From: Deltaproteobacteria bacterium
GTDB taxonomy: Bacteria; Desulfobacterota; Desulfobacteria; Desulfobacterales; C00003060
Reading direction: 5' to 3'
DNA length: 64,000 nt
NCBI GenBank assembly: GCA_019307135.1
Contig: JAFDKF010000001.1
Location: 6,104-70,103 of the forward strand
Below, piece by piece: positions 44,438-54,200 of this stretch. The position numbers and the translations under genes are program-made. Position 1 is the first letter of the stretch; the number at the start of each line of letters is the position of its first letter. The notes beneath the pieces were generated by a model. That model saw only the letters and a program-made list of their open reading frames with translations. It was not told the DNA's origin and searched no databases.

Positions 44438-45610
44438 ATGCTGAAAAACAGATATTTAACGCAATATGTACTTGAAGACCTTGCTGAAAAGATGGTGTTT
44501 GTGGGCGGGCCGCGACAGGTCGGCAAAACGACCCTCGCCAGAGAGTTTGTCGCAACGCATTTCCAGGGGGTCGGTTACTATAATTGGGACAAAAGGAGTG
44601 ACCGCCGAAAAATCATGGAATCGGATTGGCCGGGAAATGCCGAATTAATCATTCTCGACGAGATACACAAATTCAAGAAATGGAAATCATTTGTTAAAGG
44701 AGAATACGATACACTTAAAGGCAAATATAAGTTCATGATTACAGGCAGCGCCCGTCTTGATGTATACAGAAAAGGCGGTGATTCAATGCTGGGAAGATAT
44801 CATTACTACCGGTTGCATCCGTTTTCTCTGGCCGAAATAACGGGAAAGATGTCTGTGTCGTCTGTTCTCACGGAAATACCCATTAATTCACGAAGTAAAA
44901 GGGATGCGTTTCTAACTCTTGACAAGTTCGGCGGGTTTCCAGAACCCTTTATGAAGCAAAATATGAGGGTTCTCAGAAGATGGCACAACGAAAAAATTGA
45001 TAGATTGTTCCGTGAGGATATCAGAGATATCCAACAAATCAGGGATATTGCCAGTATGCAGCTTCTTAGCGATATCCTCCCGGAGCGAGCAGGCGCATTG
45101 TTATCCATTAATTCCTTGAGAGAGGATCTTGAAGTAAGCCACCGCGCAGTATCGAACTGGCTCAATATTTTGGAGACATTTTACTATTGCTTTAGAATAT
45201 ATCCATATATCGGAAAGAACTATCGTTCACTAAAAAAGGAACCCAAACTCTATCTTTGGGACTGGTCGGAAATTAGTGATGAACCGGTGCGGTTTGAAAA
45301 TTGCGTGGCATCTCATCTTTTGAAACTCGTTCATTTTTTCCAGGATTATGAAGGACATAGAATCAATCTGCATTACTTAAGAAATGTGGATAAAAAGGAA
45401 GTCGATTTTCTTGTGACTGTTGATGAGAAGCCGTGGTTTTCGGTAGAAGCGAAAATGAATGATACAAACGTTTCGCCTCATTTGCGTTATTTCAGAAAAA
45501 AGCTGAACATACCCTTTGCATTCCAGGTCGTTAAGAAAAGCGGCGTGGACAGGTTTGTGAGCGGAATTCGAGTTGTGTCCGCTGATAGGTTTCTTTTGGG
45601 GCTTATTTAA
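44438..45610 (+). CDS. AAA-family ATPase with a DUF4143-like C-terminus
   Basis: Walker A GGPRQVGKTTLA, Walker B LIILDEIH, and a C-terminal restriction-endonuclease-like/DUF4143-type region. An AT-rich upstream region holds a near-perfect palindrome, GCGTGTAAGCAAAA...TTTTGCTTATACGC. Confidence 0.7.
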   Translation: MLKNRYLTQYVLEDLAEKMVFVGGPRQVGKTTLAREFVATHFQGVGYYNWDKRSDRRKIMESDWPGNAELIILDEIHKFKKWKSFVKGEYDTLKGKYKFMITGSARLDVYRKGGDSMLGRYHYYRLHPFSLAEITGKMSVSSVLTEIPINSRSKRDAFLTLDKFGGFPEPFMKQNMRVLRRWHNEKIDRLFREDIRDIQQIRDIASMQLLSDILPERAGALLSINSLREDLEVSHRAVSNWLNILETFYYCFRIYPYIGKNYRSLKKEPKLYLWDWSEISDEPVRFENCVASHLLKLVHFFQDYEGHRINLHYLRNVDKKEVDFLVTVDEKPWFSVEAKMNDTNVSPHLRYFRKKLNIPFAFQVVKKSGVDRFVSGIRVVSADRFLLGLI

Positions 45611-45694
45611 TGACTTGTCCTAAAGGCACTCATCAACAAGGTGTAGAAATTCCGAAACGTTCAAGTAAACCGCATCACAAGATGGAGAATCGAC

Positions 45695-46037
45695 ATGAAT
45701 TCTTCAAAAAGATCCAGAAAGTTTTTAATTATTCCAGCCGTAGTCCTGGGTGCGCTCGTACTTATCCTGGTGGTCAAGTTCAAGCAAGTCCCTAAGCAGT
45801 TAGAGGTTCGGGAGCGGCTTCAGGCCGTGAGGGTCATCCCCGCCCCGGAAGTGGCCCTTGCTCACCGAGCGAAGTCTTCAGGCTCAGATCCTTATCCCTT
45901 TAGCTGCAAGCCTCGTATTCAGGCTCATAACATCCACGGTCCTGGTCCTCATCGTGATCCCAGCCCTCTACACCATACTCGGAGACCTTGGACTGACCGC
46001 GAGTCGTGTGGAGGAGAAAACAATGTACAGTTCCTGA
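45695..46037 (+). pseudogene. Deletion scar of a second RND efflux operon: adaptor N-terminus joined to permease C-terminus
   Basis: Frame 1 reads MNSSKRSRKFLIIPAVVLGALVLILV...RLQAVRVIPAPEV (adaptor-like start). From about 45850, a second frame reads ..LLTERSLQAQILIPLAASLVFRLITSTVLVLIVIPALYTILGDL..*, which aligns to the last TM of the intact permease (ERSLQAQFLIPMAISLGFG...LLLVPSLYMILEDV). Confidence 0.7.
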
Positions 46038-46234
46038 AGGACCTTGTGCGATTCGATTGAAAGAGTGAGATCGTTCGTTTTATCCGACAGGATTATCCCT
46101 GCGGGATGCTTCGCGCGAAAGGATTATAAGGCAAAAAAATATCTTGATTATCCCGTAAATCCTGTCTCAGCGAAAGGGCGTTTATGCGCAACAACGTTAC
46201 ACCTGTGTTTTCTCGAGACGGGAAAAGAGCAACT

Positions 46235-46684
46235 ATGAAGCCGATAAATATCATACCACCGGTCTACTTGTTTCTTTCTATAGCAATTATGGTATTGCTC
46301 CATTTTCTGTTACCAGGAATCAAAATCCTTGCTCTTCCTTGGAATCTCTTGGGCGTTATTCCTTTGGCGCTCGGCATTGTCTTGAACCTTGTTGCGGACA
46401 GGTCATTCAAAAAACATGAAACAACAGTTAAACCCGTTGAAGAATCAACAGCACTGATCACCAGTGGAGCATTCCGACTTAGCAGGCATCCCATGTATCT
46501 TGGGTTCGTGCTGATTCTCTTTGGAATCGCAGTACTCAAGGGATCTCTAATGCCCTATGTAGTTCTCCTTGTATTTGCTATCTTCATAGACATGATCTTC
46601 ATAAGGTTCGAAGAGAAAAAGCTTGGACAGACCTTCGGTGAAGCCTGGTTGGAGTACAAGAAGAACGTAAGGCGATGGGTATAG
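46235..46684 (+). CDS. Isoprenylcysteine carboxyl methyltransferase (ICMT/PEMT)-family membrane methyltransferase
   Basis: LITSGAFRLSRHPMYLGFVLILFG is the family signature region. I place the start at ATG 46235 (the ORF track starts at 46184). Confidence 0.7.
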   Translation: MKPINIIPPVYLFLSIAIMVLLHFLLPGIKILALPWNLLGVIPLALGIVLNLVADRSFKKHETTVKPVEESTALITSGAFRLSRHPMYLGFVLILFGIAVLKGSLMPYVVLLVFAIFIDMIFIRFEEKKLGQTFGEAWLEYKKNVRRWV

Positions 46685-46817
46685 GGTTGGCCTGATTTCG
46701 CTGCAACCGACAGCGGTACAGTTTCGCTGAACCGTTGGGTCGCTAAAGGGGACGTTCTTAACTAATTAACTTGATAAGTCTCAATTTGAAGGGCATCAGT
46801 ACTGCGGTCACAGCGTC

Positions 46818-47006
46818 TTGATGGCAAAAAGAAAAAACGACTGGCAGGATACGGACAAAGTACTGGGGATGTTTGGTAAGAAAACTGGTCCTGCCAGACG
46901 CGCATACAGAGCGTTTGTTGAAATAGGTGACGGCAATTTTGTGGAAAGTGTCCTTAAGCTAAAAATTTCAGTTCCGTCTGTCAGCAAATCAGCAATTCGA
47001 GGATAG
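46818..47006 (+). pseudogene. Remnant of a RayT/IS200-like transposase (central and HTH-tail pieces only)
   Basis: WQDTDKVLGMFGKKTGPARRAYRAFVEIG and LKISVPSVSKSAIRG resemble the middle and C-terminal HTH of COG1943-type proteins. The Y1 catalytic region is absent. Confidence 0.4.
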
Positions 47007-47104
47007 AAGCCAGTAAAGGAGAAAATATTCGCTGGTTGGATAAACTTAAGTCCCCATGTCCCCATGGCCCTTTTCCGCAACCTCGGCGTCAATCTGCGGG
47101 ATCG

Positions 47105-48805
47105 TTAATCACCTAATTCTTTATGACATTGTTCAATATAATAGCTCGCTTTTTTTGAATCCTGTAATTTCAGCAAATATGAAAGAGCGCTCCTAAAGTC
47201 TCTCATATTCATATAACTTATTCCCAAACACAAGTTTAATTCTTCACTCTCCGGGAAAAGCTCAACTCCTTTAGAAAGAATCTTTATAGCCCCTTCAAAC
47301 TCCTTTCTGTTCTGTTTAATAAGCCCCAATCCCAGATAAGCTCGATGATTTGGATAATAAGTCAATGACTTGTTGAATAATTTTTCGGCAATGTTGTCTT
47401 TGTCTTTAATAGCCTCAATCTTCGAATAATCGCCGTGGCTAAAGGTCATGCCAAGTCTTGACAAAAAATCAGAATGCATTTCATAAAGTTCTTCTTTTTC
47501 TATGAGGTTCACTGACTCAACGAAATGATTGATATTTTTATATAACTCGGTTCTGAGTCTTTGCCCAAAGGCAAAAACTGATTCCTGGGATAAATTCGGA
47601 TCTGTTTCAAAATAGCAAATACCTTCCATTCTTTTTAACCAGATATCGTCAGTCACATTAGACCTTTTCTGAAAGTCTAAATAAAGCTTGGTGCCTGGAT
47701 ATATCTCAAGGATATATAGTACACAGATTAAGGGCTTTATTTGGTTTATTAAGTCAATGGTAGCTTGAATCGTTTCCCAGCTTTCCTCCGGAGATCCGTA
47801 TATGAAATAAGCCCGCGCTATGATCCCATATTTGTGGGTTAGGGCAAAGGCATTCTTAACCTGAACAGTTTTGACTTCTTTGTTCAACAGGTCTCTTATT
47901 TTTTCAGAACCACTTTCGATTCCGTAACTTATCTGAGTACAACCGGCTTTTCGCATCCAATATAAAATTTTCTCGTCAATATAACTAACCCGCGAGATAG
48001 CAACCCAGACAATTCTGAGATCTTTGTCAATAATTGTCTTACAGATTTCAATCACCTTGTTCTTGTTAATCGTAAAATTGTCATCTGAAACATAGAAGAA
48101 AGTGATGCCTTTATTGTAGAGCAGTTCGATATGGCTAACGAAGTTTTTTGGTGAATGAAATCTTATCTTCCCTCCCCAGAACCTCGGGCTCCCACAAAAA
48201 GTGCATTTCCAGGGGCATCCTCGAGAAAATACCACATGCTGGTACTCAAAATACTTTGCCGGGATTGGCAATTCATCAAGGTTTTGAATGACTTGAGCGG
48301 GTTTTGTTTTTACGATCGTTCTTTTTTTTCTAAAGGCGATTCCTTTAATATTTTTGGTGTTTCTATAATTCCCTTTTTCAATTGACTTAACCAGATTCAA
48401 AAAAGCATATTCCCCTTCGCCTATAACAACAAAATCTATTTGTGGAAAATGTTTCAGGAAATGTTTCCACAAAAAAGTCGCAGCAACGCCACCAAAAACG
48501 ACTTTGACGTGGGGATTGATTTCCTTGGCTATTTGAGCGATCTCTATGCCACCCCAGCGATTTGCATTTAGAATAGAAAAACCAATAATGTCAGGCTTCT
48601 TTTCGAGCAAAACCTCAGCAATTTTTTGAGGCGTTTTATGCATATTATACCAATTCAATACTTCAACATCGTAATGATTTTCTTTTAAAACAGCACCAAT
48701 ATAATAGACTCCTATGGGTACTGGTTTGATGTCTTCTTCTTGAGATCGATCATAAAGAGGATAAGGATAAATGAGTAATATCTTCATGCTCGTCATCGTT
48801 CCCAT
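47105..48805 (-). CDS. B12-binding-domain radical SAM protein with C-terminal TPR repeats
   Basis: N-terminal cobalamin-domain layout (KILLIYPYP...), canonical SRGCPWKCTFC (C-x3-C-x2-C), and C-terminal TPR-like helices. The start could be ATG 48787. Confidence 0.8.
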   Translation of the reverse strand: MGTMTSMKILLIYPYPLYDRSQEEDIKPVPIGVYYIGAVLKENHYDVEVLNWYNMHKTPQKIAEVLLEKKPDIIGFSILNANRWGGIEIAQIAKEINPHVKVVFGGVAATFLWKHFLKHFPQIDFVVIGEGEYAFLNLVKSIEKGNYRNTKNIKGIAFRKKRTIVKTKPAQVIQNLDELPIPAKYFEYQHVVFSRGCPWKCTFCGSPRFWGGKIRFHSPKNFVSHIELLYNKGITFFYVSDDNFTINKNKVIEICKTIIDKDLRIVWVAISRVSYIDEKILYWMRKAGCTQISYGIESGSEKIRDLLNKEVKTVQVKNAFALTHKYGIIARAYFIYGSPEESWETIQATIDLINQIKPLICVLYILEIYPGTKLYLDFQKRSNVTDDIWLKRMEGICYFETDPNLSQESVFAFGQRLRTELYKNINHFVESVNLIEKEELYEMHSDFLSRLGMTFSHGDYSKIEAIKDKDNIAEKLFNKSLTYYPNHRAYLGLGLIKQNRKEFEGAIKILSKGVELFPESEELNLCLGISYMNMRDFRSALSYLLKLQDSKKASYYIEQCHKELGD

Positions 48806-48875
48806 GGATTAACAGGTTGCCCACCCAGGAAGAAGGTGCGTGAGAGGTCTTTTGCCGTGTGGAGGCTCTTTATAT

Positions 48876-51185
48876 CTATTTACGGGGTGAAGTCCTTCCA
48901 GCTATTACTTTGTGTAATGCCTCCCCCAGTTCATTGAGTTCATATGGTTTGGCAACAACACCACTAAAACCATATTTTCTAAAGTCGGCCATTATGGGAT
49001 CAGTGGAATAACCGCTGGAAACAATGGCTTTGACTTCAGGATCAATCTCGATAAGTTTCTCAACGGCTTCCTTGCCTCCCATCCTGCCAGGAATCGTTAG
49101 ATCCATTATGATTGCATCAAAGGGTTGTGCGGATTCTTTAGCTTTTTTATACAGTTCAATCGCTTCGGCACCGTCTTCGGCGAACTCCACTTCATAGCCT
49201 AAAATGTCGAGCATCTCGCCTCCTACCTCTCTGACCAGGTCTTCGTCATCCATTATTAAAATCTTACCCTTTCCCGTAGGAATTCTTTCTCTGAGTTCTT
49301 TTTCTATCAATGCTTCCTTTGAAGAAGCCGGGAGATAAATATGAAAAGTGCTTCCCACTCCAAGTTCTGATTTGACCCGAATACATCCATCATGCCTTTT
49401 GACAATTGAATAAGCAGTGGCAAGTCCCAGACCACTTCCTTTCTGTTTGCTCGTAAAGTAGGGGTCAAATATTTTTTGGAGATGCTCTTCCGGTATACCA
49501 ATCCCCCGATCTTCAATAGATATCTTCATATACTTTCCCTCTTTTAGAGGAAGACCCTGTTCTGCATCTACAACAATATTTTCAGCGCGCGCCCTGATTA
49601 TCCCACCTTCCGGCATGGCCTGGCTGGCATTGATTATCAAATTGTTGATGACCTGAGTGATCTGTCCCTCATCTACTTCAACCGGCCAGACGTCACCTGG
49701 TATAGAAAATTCGCACCTGACATTGGAACCACTCAAGGCAAAGACGGCTGCATCCTTTAGTAATTCTGAGATAAAAACTGTTTTCTTGATTGGTGCTCCG
49801 CCTCTGGAAAAGGTAAGTAATTGTTGGGTCAAATGTTTTGCCCGCAAGGACGCATTTTCTGCCCCTCTCAATTTTTCAAATATTTTATCATCTGGTTTTG
49901 CATATATCTTTGCCAGCGTAATATTACCCAAAATTCCCGTCAGAATATTGTTGAAATCATGGGCAATGCCGCCAGCAAGTACGCCGACCGATTCAAGTTT
50001 ATCAGCGTTTATTAGTTCTTGTTCTAATCTTCGTTTTTCAGTGACATCGCGAAATACCAAAACTACACCAATAATATTGCCATCTTTATCACGGATAGGC
50101 GCACCGCTGTCTGCTATAACTCTCTCTGTACCATCTCTGGCGATAAGGGCTGTATCGTTAGCAAGGCCAACAATACCATTGGTTTTAATTACCTTCTCAA
50201 AAGGATTTTCACAGCGCTTACGGGTGTGCTCATTGATAATATGAAAGACCTCAGTTAGCGGTTTGCCAGTAGCTTCTTCGTGGAGCCAGGCAGTTAATTT
50301 TTCTGCTACTTTATTGATTAGAACTATCCTCCCTTCCGTATCAGTAGTAATTACACCATCCCCAATCGAGCGCAGAGTAACAGCTAGTCGTTCCTTTTCG
50401 GCAGCCAGCGCTTTTTCCGCCTGCCTGCGCTCGGTAATGTCGCGGAAGACCAAAACGACACCAATGATGTTTCCTTTGTCATCTCTGATAGGTGCACCAC
50501 TGTCATCAATAGGCCGTCTCATTCCGTCTTTGGCTATCAATACTGTGTGGTTTGCCAGCCCGACGACAAAACCTTCTCGGAGCACCCTCGTTGCAGGATC
50601 CTCGGCCTGTTTACCTGTTTCCTCATTTATGATATTGAAAACCTCTGAAAGAGGTTTTCCTGCAACGTCTTCCTGCTTCCAGCCCGTCAGAGCCTCGGCA
50701 ACAGGATTCATAAATGTTACGAATCCATTGGCATCGGTGGCAATCACAGCATCGCCTATACTCTTGAGTGTGGTGGATAGCCATTGCTCGCTTTCTTTTA
50801 ATTTTCTTTCCATCTCATGCTTGTAAAGGGCAATTTCGATGGCAGTGTGTAATTCTCTTTCTTCAAAAGGTTTGAGTATATAGCCATAAGGCTCTGTCAC
50901 CTTCGCCCGCTCCAATGTTTTGTCATTTGCATAAGCAGTGAGATATACCACCGGGATATCTAAGTGATGACGGATTTGCTCAGCCGCTTCAACCCCGTCC
51001 ATTTCCCCTTCTAACACGATATCCATCAGCACTAAATCCGGGTGCGTTTCTGCTGCTTTTTTAATGGCTTCCTCTCCGGAAAAGGCGATAGCAGGAACAG
51101 CATATCCCAAATTTTTTAACGTATTTTCTATATCCTTCGCGATGACGCCTTCATCTTCAACAACCAACACCTGTGCATTCGCCAT
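48876..51185 (-). CDS. Hybrid sensor histidine kinase/response regulator (REC-PAS-PAS-HisKA-HATPase-REC)
   Basis: N-terminal REC (VLVVEDE...DLVLMD). Two near-duplicate PAS units, each ending VVLVFRDITERR or VVLVFRDVTEKR. H-box AHDFNNIL, G-boxes, and a C-terminal REC (ILIMDDE...IIMDLTIPG). Confidence 0.9.
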   Translation of the reverse strand: MANAQVLVVEDEGVIAKDIENTLKNLGYAVPAIAFSGEEAIKKAAETHPDLVLMDIVLEGEMDGVEAAEQIRHHLDIPVVYLTAYANDKTLERAKVTEPYGYILKPFEERELHTAIEIALYKHEMERKLKESEQWLSTTLKSIGDAVIATDANGFVTFMNPVAEALTGWKQEDVAGKPLSEVFNIINEETGKQAEDPATRVLREGFVVGLANHTVLIAKDGMRRPIDDSGAPIRDDKGNIIGVVLVFRDITERRQAEKALAAEKERLAVTLRSIGDGVITTDTEGRIVLINKVAEKLTAWLHEEATGKPLTEVFHIINEHTRKRCENPFEKVIKTNGIVGLANDTALIARDGTERVIADSGAPIRDKDGNIIGVVLVFRDVTEKRRLEQELINADKLESVGVLAGGIAHDFNNILTGILGNITLAKIYAKPDDKIFEKLRGAENASLRAKHLTQQLLTFSRGGAPIKKTVFISELLKDAAVFALSGSNVRCEFSIPGDVWPVEVDEGQITQVINNLIINASQAMPEGGIIRARAENIVVDAEQGLPLKEGKYMKISIEDRGIGIPEEHLQKIFDPYFTSKQKGSGLGLATAYSIVKRHDGCIRVKSELGVGSTFHIYLPASSKEALIEKELRERIPTGKGKILIMDDEDLVREVGGEMLDILGYEVEFAEDGAEAIELYKKAKESAQPFDAIIMDLTIPGRMGGKEAVEKLIEIDPEVKAIVSSGYSTDPIMADFRKYGFSGVVAKPYELNELGEALHKVIAGRTSPRK

Positions 51186-51202
51186 TGTCTTAGCTCCTTC
51201 TA

Positions 51203-54200
51203 TTATTTCTTCCTTATTTCTATCGGGGCAAATGTAATCTTGAATTCTGTTCCATTATTCGTATCAAGCTCGATCGTACCCTTAAGCTGTTTTGCTAAAG
51301 TGATTACTAATTGCAAACCTAAGGTTTCCGCGTTTTCGAAGTCCAAATCTTTCGGGAAGCCGACGCCATTATCACTGATAATCAGTATAAACTTATCATC
51401 ATTATCCGAACGAAGGTTAATGCGGATTTCGCCTTCCTTGCTTGCAGTAAAGGCGTGTTTTAGGGAATTTGAAATAAGTTCATTGATAATCAAAGCACAA
51501 GGAATTGCCGTATCAATGCCCAGTAAAACATCATCGCCATTTATCTTCAGGATGATGGCATCTGGACTGACTCCGTAGGAACGAAACAAACTAGTTGCCA
51601 GGCTTCGGATGTATTCAGCAAAGTCAATCCTCGACAGGTCTTTGGATTCATACAATTTTTCGTGGATGAGCGCCATTGATTTGACACGGTTCTGGCTTTC
51701 CTTGAATATCTCGATGCCATGTTTATCCTCGATATATCCGAGCTGAAGGTTGAGCAGACTGGAAATGACCTGCAAATTGTTTTTAACCCGATGGTGAATC
51801 TCCTTCAGAAGCACCTCTTTTTCTTGAAGCGATCCCTTTATTTGCTCTTTCGCCTTTTTCATCTCATCTACTAATCGGGCGTTTTCCAGAGAGATGGCCG
51901 CCTGGGAGGCCAGGAGTTCGGTCATCCTTGCCTTTTCTGACGTGAAAACCGAATCGGACAAACGGTTTTCGAGGTATAGAATTCCAATCAACTCAGATTG
52001 CTTGATCAATGGGAGACAAAGGACGGACCGAAGCCCCATGGCCTGAACCTCGGGATTGTCCTTGAACTCACCCTCTTCTGAAGCATTGTTCAGGGCCACC
52101 TTCTCTTTTGTTCGATGCACATAACGGATGATAGCCTTGCAAACATCCGTGGCATCTTCAAGGTCATACTTGACAGTCCGGACCACATCTTTTTCGGTAA
52201 CGTGGCTTTCAGCGCGAATAATCAGGCTACTATCCTCTTCAATCAAAAGATACCCATGCTGCGCCCCCGACGCCTCCAGGGCCACGTTCATAATCTTTCT
52301 CAAGAGGACATCAGGATCGATCTCTGCTGAAATGGCAACGGAGGATTTCATCAGGTAGTCAGCATCCAGACAGGGAAGGGTGTAAGCAGCCGGTTCTGCT
52401 TCGACTGGCTCTGCTTCGACTGGCATGTAAGCAGGCGCTTCTTCCTCGAAATACTCCGGGTGTTTCTCCATGATAAAGATCTCTTTACGTTCCGCATGAC
52501 ATTTTTTATACAAACGCGCTGCCTCCTGCAGGTAGACCCCGGCCGTACCCAGACCAGCGTCCTTGAGAAGTTCACCCCGACATTCATTAAGGTGACCTTC
52601 CAGCAGGGTGAATCGCTGTTCATGGGCAATAGCTATAGCATCAAAGTAGAGGCTTCTTGCCTTTCTGAAATCCCCGGTAAATCTTTCTAATTCCGCATAG
52701 ATAAAGGCAAGATAAGGTTTAAGCATTGGCCCGTATTGAGCCCAGGTCTCAACCTTCTTGATGAGCGGTTGAATAAAAGATAGTAATTCTTCTTTGCTTT
52801 TGTATATGATTCCCCTTGCATACAGCCTGAGGGCATTCAGCACCTGAAAGGCATGCCACTGTCGCTTCAGTAAATGGTCGGTAAGCCCTCTCAGATACCG
52901 CCTGACTTCAAGTAAATACTGTTCAGCCTTTTCATACTCTCCCAAATAATAGCGGGTCAAAGCCATGTGGACAAAATAGCTTCCCGCAGCGGAAACATGA
53001 TTCTCCCTCTCCCATTTTTTAATCTTTTCCTCCATGGGGACAGATGTATAATTTTTTTTCATCGGCGCAACCCAGCCGGCCTGCATGGCCTCGGCCAGAG
53101 CAACGGAAAAGGATAAATGGTATTTTTGAGAAAACTGAAGACATTCCTTAACGTACTCCTCAACGGCTAACAGGTTGGCTCCCTGCACCTGAAGACCCCA
53201 CATCAAGGGTCCGTAGGAAAGCCCGGCATTATACAGATCACCGCAGTTTTTTCCGCACTCGATCGCTTTCAGACAATGTTTGGCCAGTTCTTCGGGATGA
53301 TTCCGCGTATGCATAGTAACCCAGGCAACCCCGTTCATCCCCCGGGTGGCCCCAAAGGTGTTCGGGTACCTTTCACACAAATTAAGGGCCAGTTCTTCAT
53401 ATCGAAAGACCTGATCAAATTTTTCTTGCTCTCCCAGATAGAGCCCCATGATAGAAAAAGAGTAGATCACCGATTCATCCATGCCGCCTTCCAAGCAATG
53501 TTGGGTTGACTGCACTGCCGAAAGATAGAGTTGTGGCACCAGGCCGGAGATGTATAAATCCGGGATAAGTTCACTGTAGAAGGCCAATTCAATCTCACTC
53601 TTCCTTTCCCTGGCAAACGGCATATTCAGGATGGTGTCCCAAATTTTGGAACCATATTGAGAATTGATTTCATTCATCAACTGCTCTCGTTTTTTCTCCG
53701 CAAGCTCAGGATCATCCGGGATCGATTTTCCGAAAAATGCCAACCCGCGGTTAGCAGTTTCAATGGCCTTTATAAAATTGCCTATGGATGAGAGTGAGGT
53801 GGTCTGCTCAGCCAGGGCTTCCGCCTTATCCAGATCGGTTTTGGCATGATCAAGTAATTGATTGAGCAGTTTTTCCGAGCTCTGATATCTCCCGCACATC
53901 AACTCGGTTTTTGCCAATTTCTGGAATATCTTGAAAGTCCTGTCGTATTGTATTTCCCAGCAGTCATCCGGCAAAAACTGAAGGCTTTGTCGAAAATACT
54001 CATTGGCTGCTTCTGTAGCCAGGGAATCCAGGGCCTTGTTACCCGCATGATGATTGATATCCGACAATTGGTAAGCAGTTTCTCTGTCCAGCGTCCTCTG
54101 CCTTCCTAAGTTGAGATGGGAGACAATGGTGAACAGGTTATCCAGTTTTTCCAGATCTGCCCCTTTGGGGACAGCAGAAAGAAGGTGGTTTCCGATCTGC

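Noticed and set aside
45695-46060. 121-aa ORF treated as an intact gene
   Set aside because: Only its first ~50 residues look like an efflux-adaptor N-terminus. The rest is out-of-frame read-through of a permease 3' fragment, so I annotated it as a deletion scar.
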